Source: a bacterium (lineage in GTDB: Bacteria; UBA8248). From it: 64,000 nt of DNA. The DNA is taken from assembly GCA_965213625.1 (NCBI GenBank), contig CBDBZU010000004.1, positions 2,528,001 through 2,592,000 on the forward strand, read 5' to 3'. The notes beneath the pieces are model-generated. The model did not search any database, had not been told where the DNA came from, and saw nothing but the letters and a program-made list of their open reading frames with translations. The translations under genes and the position numbers were made by a program. Positions 63,947 through 64,000 of this stretch are shown here, piece after piece (position 1 is the stretch's first letter; every line of letters begins with the position of its first letter).

Positions 63947-63968
63947 AAAAACGCCGATGATGCCGGCG
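63947..63968 (-). terminator. Putative intrinsic terminator upstream of ilvB
   Basis: Minus strand CGCCGG-CATCA-TCGGCG-TTTTT, just after a TAA that closes an ORF entering from the window edge. Confidence 0.45.
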
Positions 63969-64000
63969 GGTCGTTAAGAAGAAATCAGGGGACGGCGCAC

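Noticed and set aside
63896-64000. ilv attenuator leader peptide
   Set aside because: A terminator-like hairpin is present, but the upstream ORF is cut by the window edge and cannot be told apart from an ordinary gene end.

Overview
A gene-dense chromosomal window from a diderm bacterium. Gene content and order loosely suggest a Nitrospinota- or Desulfobacterota-like lineage, but this is low-confidence inference. The left ~39 kb is mostly + strand: TCA genes (icd, mdh, two-subunit fumarase, sucCD), ndk, uvrA, truA, trpEGDC, pheA-hisC-tyrA-cmk-rpsA-ihfB, miaA-aroK-aroC, nadX, ilvE and tRNA-Leu(CAA). The right ~25 kb is entirely - strand: ilvB-ilvB-ilvN-ilvN, psd-pssA, lptD, ugd-uxs-gmhA, purB-C-S-Q-L-F, a LysM lytic transglycosylase, bamD, a sigma70-family factor, pgsA and plsY. 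Signals not explained by the ORF track are: (1) a ~2.4 kb islet (palindromic element, LLM monooxygenase, truncated Fic gene) bounded by a 42-bp direct repeat of the 3' end of a hydrolase gene; (2) three copies of a composite palindromic MITE/REP-like element; (3) an unannotated W-P-W leader peptide with attenuator hairpins before trpE; (4) a 78-aa protein with FYVE-like 8-Cys spacing; (5) a doubled acetohydroxyacid synthase locus with one divergent catalytic subunit. No CRISPR array, rRNA, integrase or transposase was seen. All calls come from manual motif reading; no searches were run.
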